A stretch of 64,000 nucleotides of DNA. It comes from Acidisphaera sp. GTDB lineage: Bacteria; Pseudomonadota; Alphaproteobacteria; Acetobacterales; Acetobacteraceae. The stretch is from NCBI GenBank assembly GCA_019240395.1, contig JAFAYM010000161.1:26789-90788 (forward strand). The letters are read 5' to 3'. The position numbers were made by a program, and so were the translations under genes. The notes beneath the pieces were generated by a model. That model was not told the origin of the DNA. It saw only the letters and a program-made list of their open reading frames with translations, and did not search any database. The stretch's first letter is position 1, and every line of letters begins with the position of its first letter. Below are positions 35,585 to 44,902 of the stretch, one piece after another.

Positions 35585-35683
35585 CGTCATCGCGAGCCGC
35601 CGCTTGGCGGCGTGGCGATCCAGGGCGTTTGGTCCGGTGCGGCGGCCCTGGATCGCCACGTCGCTGCGCTCCTCGCGATGACG
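35585..35683. repeat. Family B palindromic element, copy 2 (inside the tandem duplication)
   Basis: Same sequence as copy 1, shifted by 198 bp. Confidence 0.9.
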
Positions 35684-35708
35684 CGAATTGCTGCGGGGGA
35701 TTTGGGGT

Positions 35709-37106
35709 TCAGTTGGCTGCATGCCGCGCCGCCTCCCGTCCGGCGATGCGACCGAACACCGTGCCGATGGTCATGCCGAAGCCGGCGAGGTAGCCGCGCC
35801 CCAATATGTTGCCGGCCATGATCTCGCCGGACGCGAACAGGTTGCCGGAGGGCCGGCCGTCCTTCATCAGCACCCGAGCCTGCTCGTTCACCCGCACGCC
35901 GAGATAGGTGAAGGTGATGCCGGGACGCAGCGGATAGCCGGCGAAGGGCGGCGTGTCGATGGCGCGCGCCCAGTGCGTCTTCGGCGGCTCGATGCCGGCG
36001 GTGCGGCATTCGTCGAGCGTCATGTTGTCGAACCGGCCCGGCTGCACCGCGGCGTTGAAGCGCTGCACCGTCTCCTGCAAGGCCTCCGCCGGCAGCCCGA
36101 GCTTGCCGGCCAGCTCGGCAATGCTGTCGGCACGGATCGCCGGGAACGCCGAGGGCATGAACAGTTTTTCCGATTTCGCGTCGATGATGCTGTAGGCGAT
36201 CTGCCCGGGCTGCTGGGCGACGAGGCGGCCCCAGATGGCGTAGCGCTTCGGCCAGAAATCCTCGCCCTCGTCGTAGAATCGCTTCCCCGCACGATCGACG
36301 ACGATGCTGAACGGCACGCAATCCAGCCGCGTGACGATGCCGCCGTCGAACTTCGGAGCGCGCGCGTCGATCGCCACGGCGTGACACTGCGTCGGATCGC
36401 CGACCGGCGCCACCTCCTGATCGAGCAGGTTGCGCAGCACGCGGCCCTTCGCATAGGGGGTGCCGCGGATCAGGAAATTGTCCGCGGCCTCGCCCCAGTA
36501 CTGTTTCAGCCACTCGATATTCCCCTGGAAGCCGCCGCTCGCCGCCACCATCGTGCGGGCGCGCACGGTCTCGGGAAAACCCTTGCTGCTGATGCTCGCC
36601 GAGCGGCAGAAGCCGTCGTCGCAGTCGATCGTCTGCACCTCGGTGTCGTAGAGGATGTCGACGCCCATCCGCTCGGCGGTCGCGTAGTAGGCGTTCACCA
36701 GCGCCTTGCCGCCGCCAAGGAAAAAAGCGTTGGTGCGCGACAGGTTGAGCGTGCCGGTGAGCGAGGGCTGGAAGCGCACGCCCGCCGCCTCCATCCACGG
36801 CGTCACCTGCGCCGAGACGCGGATGGTCATGCGCGCCAGCGCCTCGTCGGTGTTGCCGCTGGTGACGCGCAGCAGGTCGTCCCAGTATTCATCCTCGAGA
36901 TAGGCCTCGGTGAGCACCGAGGTCGGCCGCTCGTGCATGGCGCGCAGGTTGCGGGTGTGCCGGCTGTTGCCGCCGCGGAAATCGCGCGGCGCGTGTTCCA
37001 GCAGCAGCACGCTGGCGCCCGCCTCGCGCGCCGTGATGGCGGCGCAGAGTGCCGCGTTGCCCCCGCCGATCACCAGGACATCCCAGACCCGGGAGAAATC
37101 GACCAA
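35709..37106 (-). CDS. tcuA: TcuA-like FAD-dependent oxidoreductase (tricarballylate dehydrogenase / fumarate reductase flavoprotein family)
   Basis: 465 aa with an N-terminal dinucleotide fold WDVLVIGGGNAALCAAITAREAGASVLLLE and C-terminal GLFASGEIMAGNILG. The apparent start is TTG. Confidence 0.8.
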   Translation of the reverse strand: MVDFSRVWDVLVIGGGNAALCAAITAREAGASVLLLEHAPRDFRGGNSRHTRNLRAMHERPTSVLTEAYLEDEYWDDLLRVTSGNTDEALARMTIRVSAQVTPWMEAAGVRFQPSLTGTLNLSRTNAFFLGGGKALVNAYYATAERMGVDILYDTEVQTIDCDDGFCRSASISSKGFPETVRARTMVAASGGFQGNIEWLKQYWGEAADNFLIRGTPYAKGRVLRNLLDQEVAPVGDPTQCHAVAIDARAPKFDGGIVTRLDCVPFSIVVDRAGKRFYDEGEDFWPKRYAIWGRLVAQQPGQIAYSIIDAKSEKLFMPSAFPAIRADSIAELAGKLGLPAEALQETVQRFNAAVQPGRFDNMTLDECRTAGIEPPKTHWARAIDTPPFAGYPLRPGITFTYLGVRVNEQARVLMKDGRPSGNLFASGEIMAGNILGRGYLAGFGMTIGTVFGRIAGREAARHAAN

Positions 37107-37113
37107 GCCGGTA

Positions 37114-37887
37114 TCAGTCCCGATAGGACGGATCGATGCGATCGAGCTTGCGCAGCAGGCCCGGCCATTCCAACAGGCCGAACGGCCGGCGCGTCTGCGG
37201 CCGGTAGTTGTTCCAGGTCTTGTCGATCACCGGCCGCTCCGGCATCAGCAGCTCGGCGCCGCTGCCCATCGCCATCACCTGCGACAGGCAGGCCAGCTCC
37301 ATGCGGTGGATGTTGTTGAACGCCTCGGGGATCGACGGCCCCATCGCCAGCAGGCCGTGATTGTACAGCACCATGGAGTTCGACTGGCCGAGATCGGCCA
37401 CCAGGCGCGCGCGTTCGTCGAGCTCCACCGCGACCCCCTCGTATTTGTGGTAGGCGACGTCGGCGAAGCGCATCGCCGTCTGCGTCATCGGCAGCAGTCC
37501 GCCTTTCATGCACGACACCGCCATCCCCGCCGCGGTGTGGGTGTGGATGACGCAGGCGACGTCGTGCCGGGCGGCGTGGATGGCGCTGTGGATGACGAAG
37601 CCGGCGCGGTTCACGCCATACTCGAAATCCGGCTTGAACAGGATGTTGCCCTCCAGATCGATCTTGACCAGGCTGGAGGCCGTGATCTCCTCGTAGAACA
37701 TGCCGTACGGATTGATCAGGAACGCACCTTCCTCGCCCGGCACCCGTGCGGAGATGTGGTTGGCGATCATGTCGGACATGCCGTACAGGGCGACGAGGCG
37801 GTAGGCGGCGGCGAGGTCGACCCGGGTCTGCCACTCCTCAGCGGAGACGCGGTCCTTCAGCGACGGAATGGCCAAATCGTAGGGCAT
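37114..37887 (-). CDS. Class II aldolase/adducin-family protein
   Basis: 257 aa. ANHISARVPGEEGAFLINPYG and VIHTHT metal-binding His pattern. SD GGGAGGA lies upstream. Confidence 0.8.
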   Translation of the reverse strand: MPYDLAIPSLKDRVSAEEWQTRVDLAAAYRLVALYGMSDMIANHISARVPGEEGAFLINPYGMFYEEITASSLVKIDLEGNILFKPDFEYGVNRAGFVIHSAIHAARHDVACVIHTHTAAGMAVSCMKGGLLPMTQTAMRFADVAYHKYEGVAVELDERARLVADLGQSNSMVLYNHGLLAMGPSIPEAFNNIHRMELACLSQVMAMGSGAELLMPERPVIDKTWNNYRPQTRRPFGLLEWPGLLRKLDRIDPSYRD

Positions 37888-37973
37888 GGCGTTCCTCCCG
37901 GGGCGGTTGCGTGCGAAAATCTACCCCCGCCATCAGCCCGTGAACATGGGGCGGGGGTGGGGCAGGGGGGTGC

Positions 37974-38390
37974 ATGGCGCCACGGGTCGGTCATTTGCTG
38001 GAGACGTCGCTCTACGTCGAGGACCTCGATCGTGCGCAGGCCTTCTATCAGCGCATCTTCGGCTTCGAGGCCTATCTGCGCGACAGCCGGATGTGCGGCC
38101 TCGGCGTGCCCGGCGACGGCGTGCTGCTGCTGTTCCGCCGCGGCGGCTCGACGCAGCCCTCGCCGACGCCGACCGGCGACATCCCCGCGCATGACGGTCA
38201 GGGAAATCTGCATCTCTGCTTCGCCATCCCGGTCGGCGAGCTGGAGGCCTGGATGCGGCATCTGGCAGCGGAGGGCGTCGCCGTGGAGAGCCGGGTGACC
38301 TGGCCGCGCGGCGGCGTCAGCCTGTATTTCCGCGACCCGGACGGCCACTCGCTGGAGGTCGCCACCCCAGGCCAGTGGCCGAGCTACTGA
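37974..38390 (+). CDS. VOC (glyoxalase/bleomycin-resistance/dioxygenase) family protein
   Basis: 138 aa. GHLLETSLYVEDLDRAQAFYQRIFGFE and YFRDPDGHSLEV are typical VOC beta-alpha-beta-beta-beta modules. Confidence 0.75.
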   Translation: MAPRVGHLLETSLYVEDLDRAQAFYQRIFGFEAYLRDSRMCGLGVPGDGVLLLFRRGGSTQPSPTPTGDIPAHDGQGNLHLCFAIPVGELEAWMRHLAAEGVAVESRVTWPRGGVSLYFRDPDGHSLEVATPGQWPSY

Positions 38391-39580
38391 TGACGCCCAT
38401 GCTGCAGGGCGTGCGCGTGCTCGACCTGACCAGCATCGTGGTCGGTCCCGCCTGCACCTTGCGCCTCGCCGATCACGGCGCGGAGGTGATCAAGCTGGAG
38501 CCGCCGGAGGGCGACATGCTGCGCCGCCTGGGCGGGGATTCGCCAAGCGGCGCGGTGTCGCCCAAATACCTGCACTTCAACCGGCGCAAGCGCGCGATCT
38601 GCCTCGATCTGCGCAAGCCGGGCGGCCGCCGGGCGCTGGAGCGGGTGCTCGATGGCGTCGACGTGCTGGTCAGCAACATGCGGCCGGAGGCGCTGGCGCG
38701 GCTCGGCCTGGACCCGGCGACGGCGCGGGCGACGCGGCCGCGGCTGATCCACTGCACCATCACCGGCTTCGGCCCGGGCGGGCCTTATCGCGGCCGCGCC
38801 GCCTACGACACGGTGGTGCAGGGGGCGGCCGGCGTCGTCGGCCTGTTCGGTCAGCGCGACGGCACGCCGCGCTACGTGCCGCTGGTGTTCTGCGACCACA
38901 CCGTGGGGGAGATCGCCGCCGGCGCGATCCTGGCGGCGCTCTATGCCCGCGAGCGGCACGGCGAGGGCGCGGCTATCGAGGTGCCGATGCTGGAGACGAT
39001 GGCCGCCTTCGTGCTGCGCGAGCATCTCGGCGGCGCCAGCTTCGAGCCGCCGACCGATGTGGCAGGCGATCATCGCATCCTCACCGCGAACAACGCACCG
39101 CTGCAGACCGCCGACGGCTGGATCAGCGTCTGCCCCAACACCGACGCGCAGGTGCGCGGCTTCCTCGGGGCGATCGGCCAGGCCGCACTGCTGGAAGACC
39201 CGCGCTTCGCCACCATCGGCGACCGCGTGCGCAACGCCCCGGAGTGGTTCGCGATCAGCCGCGACGCCGTGCGCCATCGCCCGACGGCGCACTGGCTGGC
39301 GGCGCTCGCCGCGGCCGACGTGCCCGCCATGCCCTGCCACCGCCTCGCCGACCTTCCGCGAGATCCGCACCTGGAGGCGGTCGGGCTGTTGCAGGGGCAA
39401 ACCCATCCGACCGAGGGACACATCCGCAGCCTGCGCCCGACCATCCTGGTGGACGGCGCGACACCGGCGCCCGGGCCGCCCGCCGAAGCCCAGGGCGCCT
39501 CGACCCAGGCGGTGCTGGCCGAAGCCGGACTGGATGAAGCGGAGATTGATTCTCTGATCGCGGAGGGAGCCGCACGCTGA
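38390..39580 (+). CDS. Family III CoA-transferase, copy 2
   Basis: LQGVRVLDLTSIVVGPACTLRLADHGAEVIKLEPPEGD. ATG 38390 overlaps the VOC stop by 1 nt. Alternative upstream start at 38375. Confidence 0.85.
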   Translation: MTPMLQGVRVLDLTSIVVGPACTLRLADHGAEVIKLEPPEGDMLRRLGGDSPSGAVSPKYLHFNRRKRAICLDLRKPGGRRALERVLDGVDVLVSNMRPEALARLGLDPATARATRPRLIHCTITGFGPGGPYRGRAAYDTVVQGAAGVVGLFGQRDGTPRYVPLVFCDHTVGEIAAGAILAALYARERHGEGAAIEVPMLETMAAFVLREHLGGASFEPPTDVAGDHRILTANNAPLQTADGWISVCPNTDAQVRGFLGAIGQAALLEDPRFATIGDRVRNAPEWFAISRDAVRHRPTAHWLAALAAADVPAMPCHRLADLPRDPHLEAVGLLQGQTHPTEGHIRSLRPTILVDGATPAPGPPAEAQGASTQAVLAEAGLDEAEIDSLIAEGAAR

Positions 39581-39619
39581 TGTCCGCCATCCCGTGGACG
39601 TGAGTCCCGTCTGCCGCGC

Positions 39620-39716
39620 CGTCATCGCGAGCTGCCCCTGGCAGCGTGGCGATCCAGTGGCATGGCACTTTGCTGCGGCTCTGGATCGCCACGTCGCCGC
39701 GCTCCTCGCGATGACG
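39620..39716. repeat. Family B palindromic element, copy 3
   Basis: CGTCATCGCGAGCTGCCCCTGGCAGCGTGGCGATCCAG...CTGGATCGCCACGTCGCCGCGCTCCTCGCGATGACG. Confidence 0.9.
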
Positions 39717-39814
39717 ACGTTGCCGTTTCGCCGATTCTCTGAATGCGGCTACTGGTGTCCCGGTGCCGAACTCCGTGACCCGACTGCAGGGGCGGGGGGC
39801 CAAGTGGGGAAAAG

Positions 39815-40549
39815 ATGGACCTGCAATTGACGGGGAAGACGGCGCTGGTCACCGGCGCCAGCATGGGCATCGGCCGCGCCATCGCCCGCGGTCTGGCCGC
39901 CGAGGGGGTGCGCGTCGCCGGCGTCGCCCGGCGGAGGGAGCTGCTGCACAGCCTCGCCGAGGAGACCGGCGCCGTGCCGATCGTGCAGGACATCCTGGCC
40001 GAGGACGCGGCCGACCGGCTCGCCGCCGCTGCCCTGGAGGCACTCGGCCAGGTCGACATCCTGGTGAATTGCGCCGGCGGCAGCCGTCCGCTGCCGATCG
40101 ACGCGCCGGAGAGCGCCTGGAATGAGGCGATCACGCTGAACTTCACCCGCCAGCGCCAGATCACCCATGCCGTGCTGCCGCAGATGATGGAGCGGCGCTG
40201 GGGGCGCATCATCAACATCACCGGCAAATCCGAGCCGTTCGGCCTCAACGGCGCCTTCGCCGCGAAGGCAGCGGTGCACGCCTGGGCGAAGGGCCTCTCC
40301 ATCGAGGTCGGGCGGCACGGCATTACCGTGAACTCGATTCCCCCCGGCCGGATCATGAGCGAGCAGATCCGCCGCAACTACCCCGAGCAGGATCGCCTGG
40401 AGTTTTCCGCCAAGGAGATCCCCGTCGGCAGATACGGCGAGCCGGAAGACTTGGCGGTGCTGGCGGTGTTTCTTGCGTCGCCGCTGGCCCATTACATCAC
40501 CGGCGCCGTCATTCCCGTCGATGGCGGGCTCCGGCGCTATCAGTTCTGA
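39815..40549 (+). CDS. Short-chain dehydrogenase/reductase (SDR) family oxidoreductase
   Basis: TGASMGIGRAIA cofactor motif, NCAG, and the catalytic region with FAAKAAVHAW. Confidence 0.9.
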   Translation: MDLQLTGKTALVTGASMGIGRAIARGLAAEGVRVAGVARRRELLHSLAEETGAVPIVQDILAEDAADRLAAAALEALGQVDILVNCAGGSRPLPIDAPESAWNEAITLNFTRQRQITHAVLPQMMERRWGRIINITGKSEPFGLNGAFAAKAAVHAWAKGLSIEVGRHGITVNSIPPGRIMSEQIRRNYPEQDRLEFSAKEIPVGRYGEPEDLAVLAVFLASPLAHYITGAVIPVDGGLRRYQF

Positions 40550-40569
40550 CGCGCGACCAACGGTGCCGG

Positions 40570-41876
40570 TCAGGACAGAGACGTCCGGACCCCAGCTACG
40601 CCGGGTTCCAGCTCCCCCTCGGTGATCGGCCGCTTCACCACCGTGAGATAGACCACAGCGCCCATCACCGAAATGGCGGCGGCGATCACCAAACCCATGG
40701 TGAACGAGCCGGTCCGGTCGACCACCAGCCCGGTGACGAACGGCGAACAGGTGCCGCCGAGATAGGCGCCGAAATTCTGGATGCTGCCGCTCGACGCGAC
40801 ATAGTTCTGCGGCCTGGCGGCGGTCACCAGCGCCCAGATCGTGGCGCCGGCAAGACCGCTGAAGAAGACGGCGCCGGACAGTAGGAGAGAGCCGCGACAT
40901 TGGTCGTCGAGTACGCCGCGAGCACGGTGAACACCGCCACGCCGATCAGGCCCGCCGCCACCGGCAGCTTGCGGCTGTTCAGCGGGGTGAAGCCGCGTGC
41001 CGCGAGCAGGTCGACGACATAGCCGCCAAGCAGCGAACCGACGATGCCGCACAGCATCGGTATCGAGGCATAGATGCCGGTCCGCGCCACGGAAATATGC
41101 CGCTCCATTTCCAGATATCCCGGGATCCAGGTCTGGAAGAGCCAGAACGAATAGCCGTTGCCGAAATTGCCGAGGATCATCCCCCATGTCGTGCGGCATC
41201 GGAACAGCCGAAACCATTGGCCGATGGTGACGCGCGACGTGCTGGCGACGTCCCCCGAGCGGATCGTCGCGACGTCCTCGGCCGGGATTTCCGCCCGCTC
41301 GGGATCGCGATAGAGCGCCGCCCAGATCACCGCCGCGACAAGACCCGTCACCCCGAGGATGACGAACATCGCGCGCCAGCCGAAGTTCAGCATCAGCAAG
41401 GTCAGCACCGGCGGCGCGATTGCCGGCCCGAGGCTCGATGCGCTGTTGAAGATGCCCGAGGGAATGCCGCGGTCGGTGACGTGAAACCAGTTGCTGACAA
41501 CGCGCGCGCTGGTCGGGAACTGCGGCGCCTCGCCGATGCCGAGTGCGATTCGCGCCCAAATGAACTGGCTGAACGAGGTGACGAGGCCGACGGTGGCCTG
41601 CGCGCTGGACCAGAGGGCGAGGCCCGCGGCCAGCAGGACGCGTGGCCCGACACGATCGATGAGCAACCCGACAGGCAGCTGCGTGAAGGCGTAGCTCAGC
41701 GCGAAGGCTGAGAGCAGCGCGCCCATCGCGGTCGCGTCCAGCGCCAGGTCGTGGCGGACATCCACATTGGCGATCGCCAGGCTGGAGCGGTCGAAGAAGT
41801 TGATGATGCCGCTGCACACGAGCAGGAACAGGACGAGCGCCTGCATGCGATGGGTCGGCCGGGAATAGCGCATCAT
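40570..41876 (-). pseudogene. MFS transporter (anion:cation symporter / hexuronate-galactonate-like) interrupted by a -1 frameshift near 40888-40895
   Basis: N-terminal 330 aa lie in ORF 40824..41948 (MMRYSRPTHRMQALVLFLL... up to AAYSTTNVAA). The last about 100 aa lie in ORF 40570..42168 (LLLSGAVFFSGLAGATIWAL...). The two parts join seamlessly if one base is restored after GTCGCGGC. SD GGAGGAG precedes ATG 41876. Confidence 0.7.
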
Positions 41877-42198
41877 GGACCTGCTCCTCCGTTTCCTGTT
41901 TTGGTGCCGCCGGTTGCCGCCCGGGGGCACGACGGTGCGCCGTCGCATGCGCGAGCGTCAGCCCGTCCGCCGCATTAGCATTCACGACCAAACGAGCCAA
42001 GCAGGGTGTCGCGAAACCGCTTTCGATGCGGAGCAAATCCCCGCGGCAACCGCAGCTATGCTCGCCAGCGGCTCGTCCCTGGGCTAGGGTCCCGGCATGA
42101 CCATGGTTCCTAAGCCGACGAAGTTCCGCTACCCGCCTGGGCTGCTGGACGATCTGGTGGCGCGGCATACAGGCGGCTAACCGAGAGGAGCTCCAGCT

Positions 42199-42975
42199 AT
42201 GCTACGTCGGCGAGCGTTGATAGCCACGCTTCTCCTGCTTGGGCTGCTGCGACCGGCCGCGGCGCAGACCGTGGACGAGATCGTCAGCCGCGGGTCGATC
42301 GATATCGGCGTGCTCACCGACCTGCCGCCCTACGGCATCCTCAACGCGCAGCACGAGCCGGACGGCTACGACATCGACGTCGCCAAGCTGCTCGGCAAAT
42401 ATCTGGGGGTGAAGGCCAATCTGGTGCAGCTCACCGCCGCCAACCGCATTCCGTATCTGCTGACCGGCAAGATCGACCTCATCGTCGCCACCTTCGGCAT
42501 CACCCCCGAACGCGCCAAGCAGGTGCTGTTCTCCATTCCCTACAGCTCGCTCGACAACGTCGTCTTCGCGCCGAAATCCCGTGCCATCCACGGCATGGCC
42601 GATCTCAAGGGACTGAAGGTGGGCGTAGGGCGCGGCTCGGTGCAGGATTCACTGATTACCCGCGCGCTCGGCGACACCGCGCATATCATGCGCTTCGACG
42701 ACAGCACCGGCAGCTTCCAGGCCATGCTCACCGGCCAGGTGGACGCCATCGGCGAGGGCGCGCTCTCGGGCTCGCGCATCTTCCGCGACTATCCCGATAT
42801 CGAGAAGAAATTCGTGCTGCTCCAGCAGCCGAACGGCATCACTATGCGGAAGGACCAGTGGAACCTGCACCAGTGGGTGAACACGTTCATCTACTTCATC
42901 AAGAACAACGGCGAGCTGAACGCGATCCACCGGAAGTGGCTGCTGGCGCCGTTGCCGGAGTTGCCGACTTTCTAA
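42199..42975 (+). CDS. Amino-acid ABC transporter substrate-binding protein (family 3), orphan
   Basis: Signal peptide then IVSRGSIDIGVLTDLPPYG, GYDIDVAKLLG, FSIPY and VGVGRGSVQD. No cognate permease or ATPase is adjacent. Confidence 0.8.
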   Translation: MLRRRALIATLLLLGLLRPAAAQTVDEIVSRGSIDIGVLTDLPPYGILNAQHEPDGYDIDVAKLLGKYLGVKANLVQLTAANRIPYLLTGKIDLIVATFGITPERAKQVLFSIPYSSLDNVVFAPKSRAIHGMADLKGLKVGVGRGSVQDSLITRALGDTAHIMRFDDSTGSFQAMLTGQVDAIGEGALSGSRIFRDYPDIEKKFVLLQQPNGITMRKDQWNLHQWVNTFIYFIKNNGELNAIHRKWLLAPLPELPTF

Positions 42976-43230
42976 AAGCGTGCCCGAGAGGGAGATTCCG
43001 CACGGCTTTGCGGCATCGTTCACGACGTGTCGCCCTGTGGCACCACAGGATAGCGACGGCGCCGAGCCCGTGCTGCTCGGCTCGCGGCGGCGCTGGCCTT
43101 TCCTGTGCACCGTGTTTGCCGATGGGGCAGTCAGACCAATTGCGAGCGATCAGGCCAAGTAATAATCACCGGCGACACGACCGATGTCGATGAGCCTTCC
43201 GGACGGACTCTCAAGTGGTCTTGGTTTGGA

Positions 43231-44883
43231 TTAAGTGGAGTAATCCGAAAACGCCAAAGTCCCCGCCCGCGCGCGGTAGTCCGTGCGCACGTTCACCAGC
43301 GCCACCCGTCCCTCGTCTACCTGCTTCTGCGCGCGCTCCAGGGCGGGGCGGATTTCTTCGGGTTGCGTTACATACTCGCCGTAACAGCCCAGCGCCTCGG
43401 CCATCTTATCGTAGCGCGTGTAGCCGAGGGCACGGCCCGGCTTTTCACCCTTGGCGTCCGCGGTCCAGCCGCCGTTCAGGCTGATCACCACCAGCACCGG
43501 GATCTTGTGGCGCACCGCCGTGTCCAGCTCCATGGCGTTGAGGCCGAAACTGCCGTCGCCGTGCACCACGATCACCTGCTTGTCCGGCTTCGCCACCTTG
43601 GCGCCCAGGCCGAACGGCAGCCCCACGCCCATCGTGCCGAACGGGCCGGAATTCAGCCGGTGGCCCGGCGCGTAGGTCGGCATCGATTGGCGGCCGTAAT
43701 TGAGGATCTCCTGGCCGTCCACCACGAGAATGGCGTCGCGCTGCATGAAATTCTTGATCTCCTCGCAGAGACGCAGCGGGTGGATGTCGCCGTCCTCGCT
43801 CCACCGGTTGGCGCCGGGGCTTTCGCGTTTTGCCGCCTCGCCCTGCTGCAGCGTGCGGCGCCAGTCCGCGTAGCGCCCGGACAGGTCCTTGCCGCCGATC
43901 GCGTCGAGAATCTGCTCCAGCACCATGCGGCAATCGCCGACGATGCCGATATGCACGCGGCGGGCAGCCGTGGCGATCTCGTCGGGGTCGATGTCGACGC
44001 GCGCGATCACCGCATCCCCCGCGAAGCGCGGCGGCGCGGCGTGACTGATGATGTAGTTCATCCGCGTGCCAACGACGAAAATCAGATCGGCCTCACGGAA
44101 CGCCGCGCTGCGCATCGTCAGGAACGAAAGCTCATGATCGTCGGGCAGCACGCCGCGGCCCTGCGGCGTGGTGTAGAAGGGAATGCCCGCGGTCTCGACC
44201 AGGCGGCGCAGCGCGTCCCAGGCCTGCGACCAGATCACGCCGCTGCCTGACACGATCACCGGCCGCTTCGCCTGCTCCAGCGCCGCAACCAGAGCGGCGA
44301 TGCGCTCGGGATCGCCCATCGGCCGCGCCCGCAGCAGCGGCCGGCCCGCCATCTCCCACCGCACATCCTCCTCGGGGATTCTCGCGTAGAGAATGTCGCC
44401 GGGGAAATCGAGATAGGTCGGGCCAGGCTTGCCGCTCATCGCCTTCTGCAACGCGGTGTTCACCTGCTCGGGAATGCGCTTGAGGTTGTAGACGCGGTCC
44501 GCCCATTTCGTGCAGCCCTTCATCATCGCGAGCTGGTCGATCTCCTGGAACACCTGGCGGCCGAATTGGCCGATCGGGCTCGATCCGCCGAACGCCACCA
44601 CCGGCGCGCAGTCGATCAGCGCGTTGGCGCAGCCGGTGATCAGATTGGTCACGCCGGGGCCGCTCGCCGCCATGCACACCGAGGGTTTTTGCAAGAGACG
44701 GCTGTAGGCCTGGCCCATGAACACCGCCGCCTGCTCGTGGCGCACGTCGATCGGGCGCAGACCCTCCTTGATGCAGGAGGCTTCCGCCAGCAGCATCGGC
44801 CCGCCCATGATGAAGAAGAAATTCTCGACGCCCTCAAGCCGTAGGCAGCGTGCCAGGATTTCCGAGCCGGTCAGTTCTGCCAT
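43231..44883 (-). CDS. Thiamine-diphosphate-dependent enzyme (acetolactate synthase / oxalyl-CoA decarboxylase / 2-hydroxyacyl-CoA lyase superfamily)
   Basis: 550 aa. N-terminal Pyr domain (RHEQAAVFMGQAYSRL, ASGPGVTNLITG) and the ThDP motif GDGSFGLNAMELDTAVRHKIPVLVVISLNGGW. Confidence 0.85.
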   Translation of the reverse strand: MAELTGSEILARCLRLEGVENFFFIMGGPMLLAEASCIKEGLRPIDVRHEQAAVFMGQAYSRLLQKPSVCMAASGPGVTNLITGCANALIDCAPVVAFGGSSPIGQFGRQVFQEIDQLAMMKGCTKWADRVYNLKRIPEQVNTALQKAMSGKPGPTYLDFPGDILYARIPEEDVRWEMAGRPLLRARPMGDPERIAALVAALEQAKRPVIVSGSGVIWSQAWDALRRLVETAGIPFYTTPQGRGVLPDDHELSFLTMRSAAFREADLIFVVGTRMNYIISHAAPPRFAGDAVIARVDIDPDEIATAARRVHIGIVGDCRMVLEQILDAIGGKDLSGRYADWRRTLQQGEAAKRESPGANRWSEDGDIHPLRLCEEIKNFMQRDAILVVDGQEILNYGRQSMPTYAPGHRLNSGPFGTMGVGLPFGLGAKVAKPDKQVIVVHGDGSFGLNAMELDTAVRHKIPVLVVISLNGGWTADAKGEKPGRALGYTRYDKMAEALGCYGEYVTQPEEIRPALERAQKQVDEGRVALVNVRTDYRARAGTLAFSDYST

Positions 44884-44902
44884 GGTTTCCTCCCGAACAA
44901 GT

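Larger units (their letters stand above)
35350..35747. repeat. Tandem direct duplication, 2 x about 198 bp, spanning the tcuA 3-prime end, an intergenic palindromic element and the tcuB 5-prime end
   Basis: 35350-35549 and 35550-35747 align base for base apart from a 2-bp indel and a handful of substitutions. TGATTGCCCGATCATGG occurs at 35361 and 35559; TCAGTTGGCTGCATGCC occurs at 35511 and 35709. Confidence 0.95.

Noticed and set aside
35414-35821. Several 90-135 aa ORFs in the tcuA-tcuB spacer
   Set aside because: They are translations of the palindromic family B elements and of the tandem duplication, with repeated identical peptide blocks on both strands. They are not genes.
40570-42168. 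Treating the two overlapping MFS-related ORFs as two separate genes
   Set aside because: Only the last about 100 aa of the 532-aa ORF and the first about 330 aa of the 374-aa ORF look like membrane protein. Together they make one normal MFS, so a frameshift is the parsimonious reading.
42097-42180. 27-aa ORF (MTMVPKPTKFRYPPGLLDDLVARHTGG) upstream of the orphan SBP gene
   Set aside because: It has no SD, no recognisable family and is too short to evaluate. It could be a gene fragment but cannot be supported.
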